A stretch of 64,000 nt of DNA, from assembly GCA_051362555.1 (NCBI GenBank), contig CM120641.1:45886401-45950400 (forward strand), given 5' to 3'. The position numbers and the translations under genes are program-made. Each line of letters begins with the position of its first letter. Position 1 is the stretch's first letter. Source of the stretch: Lingula anatina (taxonomy: Eukaryota > Animalia > Brachiopoda). The notes beneath the pieces were generated by a model that was given only the letters and a program-made list of their open reading frames with translations, was not told where the DNA came from and ran no database searches. Positions 51,701 through 63,290 of the stretch are shown here, piece after piece.

Positions 51701-54700
51701 CTACAAGTGGCTCAATAATTGCCTGCACAGTAAAGACACATATAACTAATTGTTTGGAATCACCTTTGGCTTGGAGAATGTTTTATGTAAATCATTCAGT
51801 GTGTAATAGATGTTATGTAGCTTAACAAAAGCAACACTGTACGAACCTGACTGCAGTGTCTTTTCGTTAACATGATGTTTGCCATTACAAAATGCGCCCT
51901 CACAACAGCTTTACTGTACTTGGGGCTATATTTAGCTCAAGAGAGGAACAGAATTATAATAGCGCTTTACAACTTTTTTGGCTATTGAGTGCTTGCATTC
52001 CAATAAATGTTTCTATCAGGATGTCTGCGAGGCAGATATGTTGTGTCACACAATATTCCCATTTCGTTAATGTCCCAAAGTGATAATGTGTGTACAGATG
52101 TCTATACAAACAAAATGAATTACCAAATAACTAAATGAATTTGCTTACAAATACGTGGATTTTGATGTTAATCCCTAATAGAGGCATCTTCCTATGACCT
52201 TTCCAGGTCATTCTAGACTTATGATTGTGACATGATTTTATGTGAATTAATATAGTTCACAAGACAAGGGATAAGAAAGGAGAAAAGAAAATTAAGATTT
52301 TCCCACACTTCATTAACTGTGCTTTGATTAATGAGAGAGCAACAGCATTGTCTTGCTTCCAGTGCCGTGGTCCCCGTAGACCAACCTAGCGGCTGATATC
52401 TCTTGGTACAAAACTCCCCTGGCATATTAAGAGTCTTAAACAGTGCTCTTTGCTCTGGGTTAAATGTTAGACTTGTCCCGGAAGACCTCATAATGATTAG
52501 GCTACTTAGAAGTGGTCATTAACAAAAAGATGGACATTATGGCATATTTTTAATGATTTAGGAGGCATTAGCTTAATGGACTTATGTTACCTTTAGCATG
52601 ATCGAATGTTAATTAATGCTACTTAATTTCATTATTTGAAGGACATGGAGGATGTTATTGGTTATTATTTATGTAATATCAAGTGCTGCATTTAATATCT
52701 TAATAACACTCTTGTTAAAATGGAGATAAGGCAGTCAGTGGTGAAGGTAAATAATTTGGAATATAATATCCTGTCATATTAAAAACACTGTCAACCCTTT
52801 TTTGTATTTTCATTTTAATTTTGTCTATTATTTAGTGATTTGTTTGTTTGCTTAATTAATTTGCATTTGTTACTATTATCCGGTCCCTCATTATTCTACA
52901 ACATTAGCATTATTCGACAGTGCTGACCTCTATTGCAAAGTTGTGACAATTATGTGACTCAAAATTTAAGTATATTTCTTGTTATACAAGATATCAAGGT
53001 CATATTGATTTTGAATACAAACTCTAACTATTAACAGAATTTGGTCAGATTCAGCCATATTTGTCTGAAAAGGTCAGCTAGCTAGTACAGCTGTTAGTAC
53101 TTTGTATGTGTATAACTTGTATTCTTTCTTTGTGTTGCATTGGAATGATATAATTTTTCTCAAGGAATAATCAAATGAAACAAGTGTAGGTCAAAAAAAA
53201 ATGAAATAGATAATTTTTTAAAAATCTAATAAATGTACAATGAGATATTTTAAATTGTCAACACTTAGATGTTCTTAAATCTCTTGACATCTTGTTTTAG
53301 CACTTAGAAAAAAAAATGTACTGAATTAACTAAAAGCATACAAGTTGATAATTATTGTAATTTCATAACTGAATTGAAACTGAAACATTTATTTTTCATG
53401 TCACCAGGCAGTGAATATCCCTCATACCCGACAGCTTACTCTCAATACACTGCAGGGTACCCAGACCCAACATGGACAATGCGATATGGGATGAGTAAGT
53501 GTTTTTATTCTTTTATTTATCATGATCTGAGGAACTCAGTTTCAGTAATTGGTCTCTCTCCATTATTTTGTAAATTGTAAATTTTTTTGGACAGTGCAAG
53601 ATGGGCAAATGCTCAAATTTATCACGAATAACCAAAAAAAAACTTCAGTTAGTTTTTTCATTTATATTTAGTTGATCTGAATGAGGTTTTTATTCATTTT
53701 ATTTTTATTATATTTTTATGGGAACATAGATTTTGTATTTGTTTACCTGTGGTAATTCAGTCATTTTAGGCATCAATTGTATGGTCAAAATAATTAAAAA
53801 TAGTTTTATTTACTTCCTACATATCAGAAAAATTTTGAACTTTAACTTCCTTAGAAAAAGAACATGTTTTCACATTTTAGTACCATACTGTCCATTTAAT
53901 TCACACATGCCAAATATCAGGAGTATCTGCTTTCTTGGAATTCAAATCAATTAAAGGCGTGCCAGTAGTCTTTCCTGATGACAGTCACTACTGCGTGTTT
54001 GATCTTTAACTATTTTGTCTTTTGTTTTGTTTTGTTTTGTTTTTTATTTGCATTAGTTACACAACACATATTTCTTTGTATTAAGTGTTTTTTTTTCTAT
54101 TTCTCTTTTTTGGAAGAGAGGGAGGGTTAGGAGTTACATTACCACATTCTTTGGAATTAAATCACACAATCAAAGACATGCACAAAGGATTTTTGTTTGC
54201 CAGTGTCAACTTTAATCTATAACAGAGTCAGAGACTAAACAAATATCAGATAAAAAGGTCTGGCGAGGAATTGCTAGAAGGGAATATCAAAAATACATGA
54301 TGGCAACCTTTCATCTGTTAATTGCCATTATCTGCAGACTGCGATAGCATTAGTATGCAAAGAGTGAACTTCAGATACTTACACATGTTCTTTTCATTTT
54401 TACTCTTTCCATTTTCAAATGATTTATTGCCCGGAAAAAATTCTCTGTCAGTGTTGGCATTCCAAAAATGGAGAAACTGGAATTTTTGGCTTAATTACCT
54501 GTCCTCCAAGTCGGTGAAAAATCCGCCCTTTTAGTAGAAATAACTGATGTATTTATTGGATTTGTACAGGGTTTTGATTGAGCCTGTGCAATGATTTATG
54601 GTGGGTTTTCAAAGCAATTTGCTAATTTCATCCTCTCAGTCAATAAACAACATTTTTGGAAATTTTTTCTGTTACCTCTAAAAATTCTGGCTGTTCACTG

Positions 54701-55096
54701 ATGACAGAAATAAAGGCTGTATAATAAAAAATCTAAATGTGCATTTTCATCATGGTTTTTAAACTGATATTTCACATGGTTCTTTAAAGCTGATAATGAT
54801 ATATTCATATAATTCAAGTAAAATTTTGAACATTGATAACTACAAACATTATCTTGAAAATAGGTCCTGTTTGCAAGGTTGCTGTGCAGCTCACCAAATT
54901 ATTATCAGTGCATCAAAAGATCTATAGGATGGCATATTATTCTGACTGTTACTCAATATTATTTTTCAATTGACCTACATTTAATTTTTTTTTTTATTTC
55001 TTCTCCCTTCTAGATCCGTCCTATTACTACACACATAATGCACGACCAGGTGATCCAGCACCAACAGCGCCAGCTAATGCCGTGTTTAAGTCCTAA
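6984..55096 (+). CDS. Pax2/5/8: Pax2/5/8 paired-box transcription factor, multi-exon gene (overall coding span; alternative first exons, duplicated exon 2)
   Basis: Spliced exons give the paired domain [20 protein letters not shown]...[32 protein letters not shown]...PSVSSINR with Q42/R44/H47, an octapeptide-like YSMSTILG, and a C-terminal GSEY...W..RY / PSYYY tail resembling Pax2/5/8. All junctions are GT-AG and phase-consistent. Exon sum for 1c+2B+3..10 is 1521 nt = 506 aa + stop. Confidence 0.96.
17860..18488 (+). promoter_or_regulatory. Putative promoter/5' leader of exon 1b
   Basis: GC box GGGGCGGGAG (~17893), Inr-like TCAGTT (~18013, ~18233), CpG-rich leader with short uORFs. Confidence 0.35.
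18489..18720 (+). CDS. Pax2/5/8: Candidate alternative first coding exon 1b (Tyr/His/Ala-rich, [12 protein letters not shown]...CAKRGRAK-G)
   Basis: GC3-rich, TF-like low-complexity ORF, 232 nt (77 codons +1), donor AAG|GTAGGG, phase 1. Gives ...RAKGHG(G/N) junction. Confidence 0.72.
26498..26567 (+). CDS. Pax2/5/8: Candidate proximal first coding exon 1c ([24 protein letters not shown])
   Basis: Good Kozak AGCATGG, 70 nt (23 codons +1), donor A|[14 protein letters not shown] resembles the vertebrate Pax2 N-terminus MDMHCK. Confidence 0.8.
27190..27214. repeat. (TA)n microsatellite
   Basis: Seen directly. Confidence 0.9.
29671..29836 (+). CDS. Pax2/5/8: Paired-domain N-terminal (PAI) exon, copy 2A ([56 protein letters not shown])
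   Basis: Polypyrimidine tract + TAG acceptor at 29670, 166 nt open frame, donor AG|GTAAAT. Not shown in the ORF track in this frame. Confidence 0.9.
29889..30054 (+). CDS. Pax2/5/8: Paired-domain N-terminal (PAI) exon, copy 2B ([56 protein letters not shown])
   Basis: Acceptor ttcctcttAG, 166 nt, donor AG|GTAAAT. Near-identical to the canonical Pax2/5 paired domain (part of ORF 29777..30058). Confidence 0.96.
32992..33189 (+). CDS. Pax2/5/8: Paired-domain linker + RED subdomain exon 3
   Basis: tttcAG acceptor, 198 nt, [25 protein letters not shown]...[16 protein letters not shown]...PSVSSINR, donor AG|GTAACG. Confidence 0.97.
36434..36675 (+). CDS. Pax2/5/8: Exon 4: end of paired domain (IVRNK), octapeptide YSMSTILG (36579-36602), basic NLS-like KRKRE
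   Basis: ctttctacAG acceptor, 242 nt, phase 2 to 1, donor G|GTAAAT. Confidence 0.93.
36718..36792. repeat. Compound (CAT)n(TAT)n microsatellite, ~40 nt into intron 4
   Basis: Seen directly. Source of the spurious poly-His/poly-Tyr ORF. Confidence 0.97.
39752..39822 (+). CDS. Pax2/5/8: Exon 5 (acidic, [24 protein letters not shown])
   Basis: ttgttttctAG acceptor, 71 nt, donor CG|GTAAGT. Bridges phase 1 (exon 4) to phase 0 (exon 6). Confidence 0.82.
40444..40741 (+). CDS. Pax2/5/8: Exon 6 ([17 protein letters not shown]...GNYSPSL)
   Basis: ctttcAG acceptor, 298 nt open Ser/Gly/Ala-rich frame (contains ORF 40564), donor G|GTAGGT. Confidence 0.82.
45225..45416 (+). CDS. Pax2/5/8: Exon 7 ([11 protein letters not shown]...LTELKP...TGQY)
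   Basis: tttgtttgtAG acceptor, 192 nt, donor T|GTAAGT, phase 1-1. Confidence 0.85.
46716..46829 (+). CDS. Pax2/5/8: Exon 8 (P/S/T/Y-rich transactivation region)
   Basis: ttttctctttcAG acceptor, 114 nt, donor CAG|GTGAGA, phase 1-1. Confidence 0.85.
49146..49173. repeat. Poly(A) tract (28 nt)
   Basis: Seen directly. Confidence 0.95.
50978..51355. repeat. Degenerate two-copy tandem duplication in intron 8
   Basis: Blocks cattgattwtaagatt, attctaaatctamatggca, attcttt.aaatcaaca, gttttcat and tttgtg...catccct recur in the same order. Confidence 0.7.
53408..53494 (+). CDS. Pax2/5/8: Exon 9 ([29 protein letters not shown])
   Basis: 87 nt, donor A|GTAAGT. Resembles the Pax2 [23 protein letters not shown] segment. 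Confidence 0.88.
   Translation, partial: AVNIPHTRQLTLNTLQGTQTQHGQCDMG
55014..55096 (+). CDS. Pax2/5/8: Terminal coding exon 10 ([27 protein letters not shown])
   Basis: Long polypyrimidine tract + TAG acceptor at 55013. PSYYY matches the Pax2/5/8 C-terminal SPYYY motif. TAA at 55094-55096. Confidence 0.88.
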
Positions 55097-57800
55097 GACT
55101 ATATTCATGTAGTTATCAAACCGTGAGGGATGTAACTTACTGCAAGACTGACGTCGTGTATTGAATGCACGTATGCAAGACTTGGAGAGTTTTATTCCAC
55201 TCTTCAAGATAGACAAACCAAATAAACTACTGTCCTCTGCAAAACTTACAGTTTAATACTGATATTGTTAAAATAGGAATGATATAATGAAAAGTAATTA
55301 TGATAATGTGTATAGAAAGGTATAGATTATGTGTATAACTATATGTTGTTGTCAGGTGCAACATGGGCAGAGATGGAAACATGTAAATCTCAAGGCTCTG
55401 TCTTTTTGCAGCAGCCATGATGACTCAGCATCTTTGTTACACAATTGTAAGTCTTTATAAATGAATGAATGCTTTTACAAGGTGCACAATTCCGTCTGTC
55501 AATGTCACATGGTTGTCCTGAACAGTGGAGTTACAGGGGCCCGGAGAGCCCATGCTTTTTTGTTTTGTTGAGATTCTTATAAGTACCAAAGCTTTGTAAA
55601 AACATTTGTAGTGATTTGTAACTAGAAAATTTTATTTTATTGAATGTAGGTGAAAAAAAACAAACCTTTGTTTTTGACTCTTTTTTTTTTTTTTTGCTTG
55701 TTTTTAGAAGTGGATGAAATACTTATCTCTAGAAGGAGAGAGGAGCTTAATAAGTGGAACGCACTATCCATTTTCTAAGAGTTGTGATATTTATGTTAAT
55801 ACGTAGGCATTTTAACTTACCTGAAGAATTGTTATACACAGATAGTGTATGTTAAAATACAACATGTAAGCACATACAGTGCACATATGTTTCATTATTA
55901 AAAAGAGTCACCATTCAAAAATTATACGCCAGTAGTACTTTTTAGGCCAGGTGGTGCATTTGACTGAAAAACATTTAAATGTGTAACTCGATTAACAAAT
56001 TAGAACCACACTAAGACCACTATCATTAAGAAATGGGAATTGAAACTGTACTTAGTAGTTTAAAAAAACTTTTTCAAATATGTAACTGTATAGTGTAGAA
56101 TAAGACACATTTTATACTTTTAAAAAACAAAATGCAGCCAAAATTATCCATGACAGTGAAGGTGCCAGTTGCCTTACCTTTGGTGTTCCTTGTCAACACC
56201 GTGAGGGGGAATTTAAGACAGATAATCAGCCAAGTTGTGCTGAGTGTGAGGGGTGCAAGCCAAGGGATATAAGGTGTCTAATTAAGCTCCTGTGACAGTA
56301 TGGTGCAAATGAAGGGAGGTACCTGTTTGGTCCCCAACAAATTCGGCAATATGATATTTCTTTGGTGCTGTCCATAAAAGTCTGGAGACATGCTATGGTG
56401 CATATGTGTGTTTAATTGAGTAAGGCTCTCTTTTTAATTTTAATGTCTGGAAAAGACTCGCTGAGCGAGCTACCTGGCCAGCTTAGAACTGAAATCCCCT
56501 CTAGGTGTTAAGTATGTCAATTGGACAATTTTGTAATAAGTTTGTGAAGAACCCACTAGTTTTGAGAAGCACCAACTGGTTTAAGGGTCTTTTTTCTGTT
56601 TTTGGTAGGTTTGCATAGACTGTTTTAATATACTACAGATGTTTCATATGTGTAAATAAGAACATAATTTTATAACCATCATCAGGCACTTAGAGATCAG
56701 AGTTTTGTTATTTTCATTCCCCGAATAACCAACATTTCATCACAAATTATTTGGTAGACAAAAACTGCATTTTTGTAAAGTTATCTGACTTCTGCAGTTT
56801 GCTCTTCAGATTAACATAATGCATTTTCTTGGTGTTTTCCAAGTAACAAGCAATTAAGGTGTAGTTATACAGTTCTGTCCTGGCTCTCCTTTGTGCATCA
56901 TCTAAATTTGTTTTGTTTTTTTTTTTTCTTTAACTTTTTTTTTACCTTGCAAGCCAGTCTTAAGTTTTACTTTCCCTGTATGATCAATTTAGGAATTTCC
57001 ATTGCTCTTTTTATTTATAATTTTATAATTATCAATTTATTTAATAATGTTTTATTTTTCATTCCATATAGAAATAGGAAAAAATACTATCTACCTCTAA
57101 GATATTTGTTTAATGTAGGCAAATTCATGGAGCAGAACCGTTTACTGGTTTTATTTAAGTTCTTGTGTATCTGGCTTTTAAATTTCAAATAGAATAAGTT
57201 GGCTATTGGCCTATACATATTATCAAGAATTGATATTATTTTAGACCATGAGAATATATTTAAGTTCAATTTACCTGTACTTACGAATAAGTAATGGCCT
57301 AGAAACAATGTTTTCTGTTTGTTATTTGTTATGTGCATGTTTAAGATGTATCACAGTGGATATTTAAATCAGTCAGTGTTTTTATTTTTTGACTCAAGCT
57401 TTGGGGATCACTTTCTGATACCCCCAGCAACTAACAGAAGTATAGCTGCAGACGATATATATGCCCGACCAATCAGTGAGCGTCGTAAACATCACGTGAC
57501 CGCATGTTCTTTTCTAATTGTTTTCCTAGCTTTATGTGCAATTTTACCTAAGTGCATAATAAGATATTTTGAAAAATAAAAGCTACAAAAGATTTCTTGG
57601 CGGATATGTCAAGATTCTTAGACACTGTTGTAAGTAGCAACGTACTTTTGTTGTGTAAAAATATTGTTCAACTCCCATTTTCTCTTTTCTCATCATCATT
57701 TACAAGAATAAAAGCTATAATAAAGCCTAGCTTGCACCAGATTACCTTTTTGTTAGTTCTTTCTCCATCTGTTTTAATTTCATCCACTGTTCTCAATAAA
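55097..57800 (+). other. Probable long AU-rich 3' UTR (end uncertain)
   Basis: Follows the stop codon. AATAAA at 55221, 57575, 57707 and 57795. CpG depletion ends near 57.45 kb. Confidence 0.45.
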
Positions 57801-60800
57801 TGAGTAATCAACAGTTGCACGAACGGCTTATAATTCAGGTGCTGCCAAAGCCGTAAACGCTGTCGCTGTGCAAATTAGAACGAAATACACACAAAAAATA
57901 TATGAATAAATAAAGTTACGTGTAGAGGTGTCATTGTCAATGAACGCAGGAACCAGATTGAAACGATCCATAACGCATCCATTAACCGATTTCTTGGAAA
58001 TGAACGATTATGAAGTTTATTTGAACAGATGAATATTATATAATATTTCGAGTACTCAGTGATCTCGGGAAACAATGTGTTCAGGTGGCACTTGTACGTT
58101 ATACGGTAAGAAGCGTTTCAGCTGCAATTAAAAGTACAAAAATGTAAAGTGAAGCATTTCAAAAAGTACTCTTGATAACCGTCTACTCTGAAAACCGTTA
58201 CTTTGAATACTATCCAACCTCTTATCAGTGTCGGTACCAGAATTGTGCTGTAATATGTTAAACGCCGTTTTTGTTTTAAATGCAAAATCAGAATTTTAAC
58301 CCTCTTTTTTTCATTGTATGGTGTATAACTCGAATATTACATCCATATGAAATATTGCTTCGTTCTACAGCTAAAGATATATTTTTTGCAAAACAGTAGT
58401 CCAAATGTATCGACGTGGACAAGTTGGGAAGATATGAAATTAATATCGCTTTATAAGGCACTGTCACTTGAGCCATTTTATTTTCAAAGTTCCCGTTTGA
58501 AAACACCCTTCATAAATTTTCCAATTACATGTTTTTAATGTTATTTCGCTCAAATATCAAAGTCGCAGAAAAAAAAGAAAAATTGTACTTATCTCCCAGG
58601 GGAATTATCTGTCATCAAAACAATTTCATACAAAACTTTTTTAAAAGTTAAAAGCAGGGCTCAGTCTGTGCCGGAGGGCACAAGAGGGTGTCATTAAACA
58701 GAAAGGGGACAAAATGGCTTTATAATAAGTCAGAAACTTGACACTAGAATAATCACCCAAGTCCCTTCGGGGTACTTCTAGAGCATGCGTGATGAAATCC
58801 ATATTTGTAATTTTGCCTGATTTGTGGCGAGAATCGGGGCGAGGAAAATATAAGTTGTGTCAAAAATAGCAACATACATTGGTGTAGATAATACTGTTTT
58901 ATGACTGTATGTATGTAAAAAACCGTGATCATTTTATTTATGTGTCAAATACGAGGAGACGGGTATTGACGTCAGCGTATTTGAGGCAGTAATAGGTCGT
59001 ATTGTGTGGCATCGTACATATACATATATATCTCTAATGCCCTAATAATTGTCTCTCCCTTTATTGTATTGATATGGTTTTGTAAAATGATATTCCGGCA
59101 AAGCAACATCCAGAGTAAATTGCGGTAGATATTTGTCAAGGCATTCTTCGGAGACCGTGATCTTTGTTTTTTCTCCATAAAGCTACTTTTTAAAATTTTA
59201 TCATTTGATGATATAAAAAAAAATTTTTTGTTTGTTTGCATTCTTAGAAAGAGAAATAGGGACAAAGCAAAACAACATGACTTAAATTTTTATTATAGTA
59301 ACAGCTTTATTGTTATCAATCGAATATAAAATGATATAGGTCAACTGTTACGAAGAGTTACTTTAATATCAAACGTCATGAGAAACAAAAGCAAAACAAG
59401 TATTTCAAACTCTTTTTCAATAATGTAAGAAGAAGCATTTACATAAGCTAATAGCCTAGATGCGTTTTGCGCCGATCAAACCTTATAAAATATTGACAAA
59501 AATGTTGTGTTCTTTGCAACACATGCCCTTTTCTTAAATATGATGCAACAATTACTAATTCATAAACACGTGCAATAAAAATTGCATTTTGATTAGAAAT
59601 TACATGAAAAGAAAAGGTCTCTTCAGTGCAAAGTATGCAGTGCACGTGATACCACTATTTCTCATTTAATAATTTTATGCGGCATAGCGGACCCGAAGCA
59701 GGTAAATCTGAAAACAATTTACAATAGTGCGATTAGATATTAAAACTCCAGAAACCAGAAACCATATTTTTCAGGTTTATAGCCTATATATGACACGTTG
59801 TAACGCTCTGGTGATACAGTTTTGTAACTATTTGAAGTTGTAAAAACAGCAATCAATATAACTGATCAAGCTTTTTTACTTGTATTAATTAATTACATAT
59901 ATTCCATTACAATCCGAGCTAAATCTTAACTGACAATAAAATTCCAAAATCAGAGAAATTCAGAAAAAAGTAACGAGGTACAGAAACAATATGCTAAGTT
60001 TTTCGCTAATTTTTGCCCATCATGTTTAAGGTATCACTATGTATAAGTCGTCTTGAAATTCTTAAAAAAAAAAACAATCGGCAAATTAAAGAGAATTTTA
60101 GATCAGCTTAGGAAAAATGGTAATATCATACATTCCTGAATGAATTGGGCTTAAATATATTCAATTTACGTTTTGGTATACGTCAACACCGATGTAGGCC
60201 TAATCATTCTAATCAATCAAATAAATACACGAAGTCTTCAAGGGTACAAAAACAGTCTTGGGGTCAGTCAAATGATGGTGGTATTTAAATAAACTTAACA
60301 TTGTGATGCCATTAACATAAAGAAAGAAAAACAGAAAAAAACTATGAAGGGGTGTATCTAATGTGGAGAGCTTTGAATTCGTGTGTTTTAAAGTTGCGGG
60401 CCTCTCGCTGAATTTCATATCATACAGCTGTACTAAGAAAAACGTATACATTGTTTCACACATATTGAAATAAATAGTATCATTCCTTCAATGACAAAAA
60501 ATTATGTTAAGCCTTTCAAAATTGAATTCAATTTTGAGCAGTTAAAACATTTGTTTGGGGATGTCTTTTATTAACAATGATAAAGATATAACAACAGACT
60601 AGAATATATTATTTACTGAACCGTACACCCAACGATCGTTTTCGAACTAGCGGTATTTTGAAAAAAGAGAGAGAGAAATTTAATTCAAACCAAAAACCAA
60701 TTATGTCATCTTTTCAATCTATTCCAGCCATTCTTTTATGTTATTATAATCTGTTCTTTTTTCTATTTGACTGAATTATTCAGCAGTTACACTTGATTAT

Positions 60801-63078
60801 TCAAGTTTGTGTAACTGATGTAGAAATGCGAAATGATGAATTTCATCCATATGGTTGATTTCTACAAACTGCAGCAACCTCTAAAATTTCCAGATTTCTT
60901 GATTCTCAGATTTGAGGGTAGTTCAGCGAGTTCCTTATTATGTAAATTATGATATCACAACAGATGTAAGTAGATAAACCAGCGGTCCGCGTCCACGAAG
61001 ATCACTCCAGACATCTCGGTAATGTAGCTTGGTATTCTAAAGGATACAGAGACCAAGGTAGAGTCCGTTGTAACAGATACCTGAGTCAGCTCCCCAGAAC
61101 TTCACAGATTTGACACCTTGATCTTTTGGCTATAAAGGTCAAGGGTGTCCGAAGTGGTCAGGGGTTTGGCTTACAAGTTATCTTTCCAGCGATAGTCAAT
61201 ATTTTTGCGGTGTTCATCTGAGATAGTGAGGTTTTGGAATGAGGAAAATTGGCTTAAGCTTTATAGGTGTGCTACTTAGTACAACGGTTTTAGTCATCAG
61301 AAGATGGGTATAGAATCAAAGTTTCACCGTTACATTCTATGCCTGTATAAAGTATTTGCATAGTCCTTATGTTCGAATAATTTGAGATGCAGTTATACAC
61401 ATAAATCGAAAAATCTTGTTAAATCTTGTTAATGATTAAGTTGCGATTTAAATTTTCTGATATATTTTTTAAACTTTTATTGTAAATCAAGTGCACTTGG
61501 TGGCATCTAATATATACTATATTTTATGAAAATACGTTTTTCTTCAGGTACAGTTTATCAGTACAAAGATAGCGGTCACCAAGTGGGCTAAACAGCAGTA
61601 TCACAAAACAAGCTGGAAAAATCGAAACAAGAATTATCGTATTTAAATTGCATTGCTTAAATAGCTACGCCCTGTAAAACAACCTACGAGTGAAACGTCT
61701 TATTACAAATCTGTCATACAAACATTTCCCACTTGTGGTCTCAATCTCCATTCAAATTTTAACAATTTTCAGCGTCCTTGAAAAGAATATTGAATGGCAT
61801 AGTTCTTACATACTTCACAGTAAAAATATGTTAGTTCCATGTGTCTTTTTACACCCACCATAGGCGTGGCTGAACACAAGAAGTGCAAAAGATATCTCTT
61901 TGGTGGTTTCAGTTCGCAATTATTTAAAAATATATTTATTTGTTGAATGCGGCCACTTTGGGAATAAGACAAAATACTTCTTTTCTGAGAAGTAGTGGTT
62001 CATAAGCATCAACTCTTAATTATGGATTTTGTCATTAAATATTATTATTTCTACAACTTTTTATAACATTTTAATTTTAGTTTAACCTTTAATCCGAAAA
62101 AATTTGAGGTTTTGGGAAGATAAGTGGACAATATGACAATGAAGGAAAGAAAGAAACAAACAAACAAAACAAAGAAAGAAACAAAACAAAGGAAGAAAAA
62201 AGAAAGACGCACCCCTCCCTACATTTCATAAGGTTCCTGAAGTTACTGAAGTAATCGTATGCGGACATCAGGACTATTCTGTTGTTTGAAGTGAACACAC
62301 GTCTTCAAATGCCAACTCAGGAAACCATTTCCTACTGCATTTCACCCCTGGCTGCACACAGTGGCTCAAAATTGACGACTCTATCCCCGACACTTGTTGT
62401 AATTCGCCTTTACATCGCCCGAACATATGCTGGACATTTTTGCAGTAAATTAACAGCGTGCCTTTGAGGGGGTCATTGGATGATGCCGCGGAGCACACAC
62501 ACACCCCGCCATCTCCCCTGGACTTCGAATTTTCAACACCTTTAATATTTCAACAGCCCCGTTTAATAATTTCTGAAAAATAACACCTGGTAAATTTAAT
62601 TACGGGAATGGAGGTTCCCATGAAGAGACGGAGGTGTGATGCTGCAGTAATCTCCATGAGGAAACCCTATTTACTGTTGATAGGAATGGTGAAGTATTTG
62701 TGGACATAAATTTTCCTTCTTTGCCAATGTTAATCCAATATTCACGAGTGGATTTCAACTTCATAAGCCTATCAGATACTCAGATTTATGGCCCGAGTTC
62801 AAAATGTTGATGGAAAAAGGTGTACTTGCATACCCTAATAAATCCGGCCTTGTCAGGAAAGATAAACCTGATCTAACTGAGGGCCCTGTAAAACTTTGTC
62901 AATTACGCCGCCGCTGACAAACCAGCGCGGATTGATTGCCCGAGGTGTGATTGAACCGACATGAAACTCGCTACTGGGCTTCAAGAAATCACATCACAAA
63001 GCAGTAAGGACTTTAATTGGAAGGAAGCGAACCCCTCCTCCCCCCCTCCCACCTTCCCCAAGGCAATCTCGATGATAC

Positions 63079-63290
63079 TAAGGCGGGGAGAGATGATCAT
63101 ATAATTGGTGTAATAATCAATACGAGACGTGGATAGTGATTAAATTTTAATCGCAGTAATTTGAAGGAAGCTAAGCTACCCGGAGGCGAACAACCAATAA
63201 AATTAAGGCGGGGAGAGAATATGATTTAATTGGTTTAATAATCATTGTGGGGCGTTGGGGAAGATTAAAATTAAATTACTGTATTTATAC
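63079..63290. repeat. Degenerate two-copy tandem repeat, ~125-bp period
   Basis: TAAGGCGGGGAGAGA...TAATTGGT.TAATAATCA...GATTAAA at 63079 and 63204. Confidence 0.75.

Noticed and set aside
55097-57600. miRNA seed matches in the putative 3' UTR (miR-9 55585, miR-29 56363, let-7 57091, miR-141/200a 57374, miR-92 ~57535)
   Set aside because: This many 7-mer hits across many families is compatible with chance in ~2.5 kb without conservation data.
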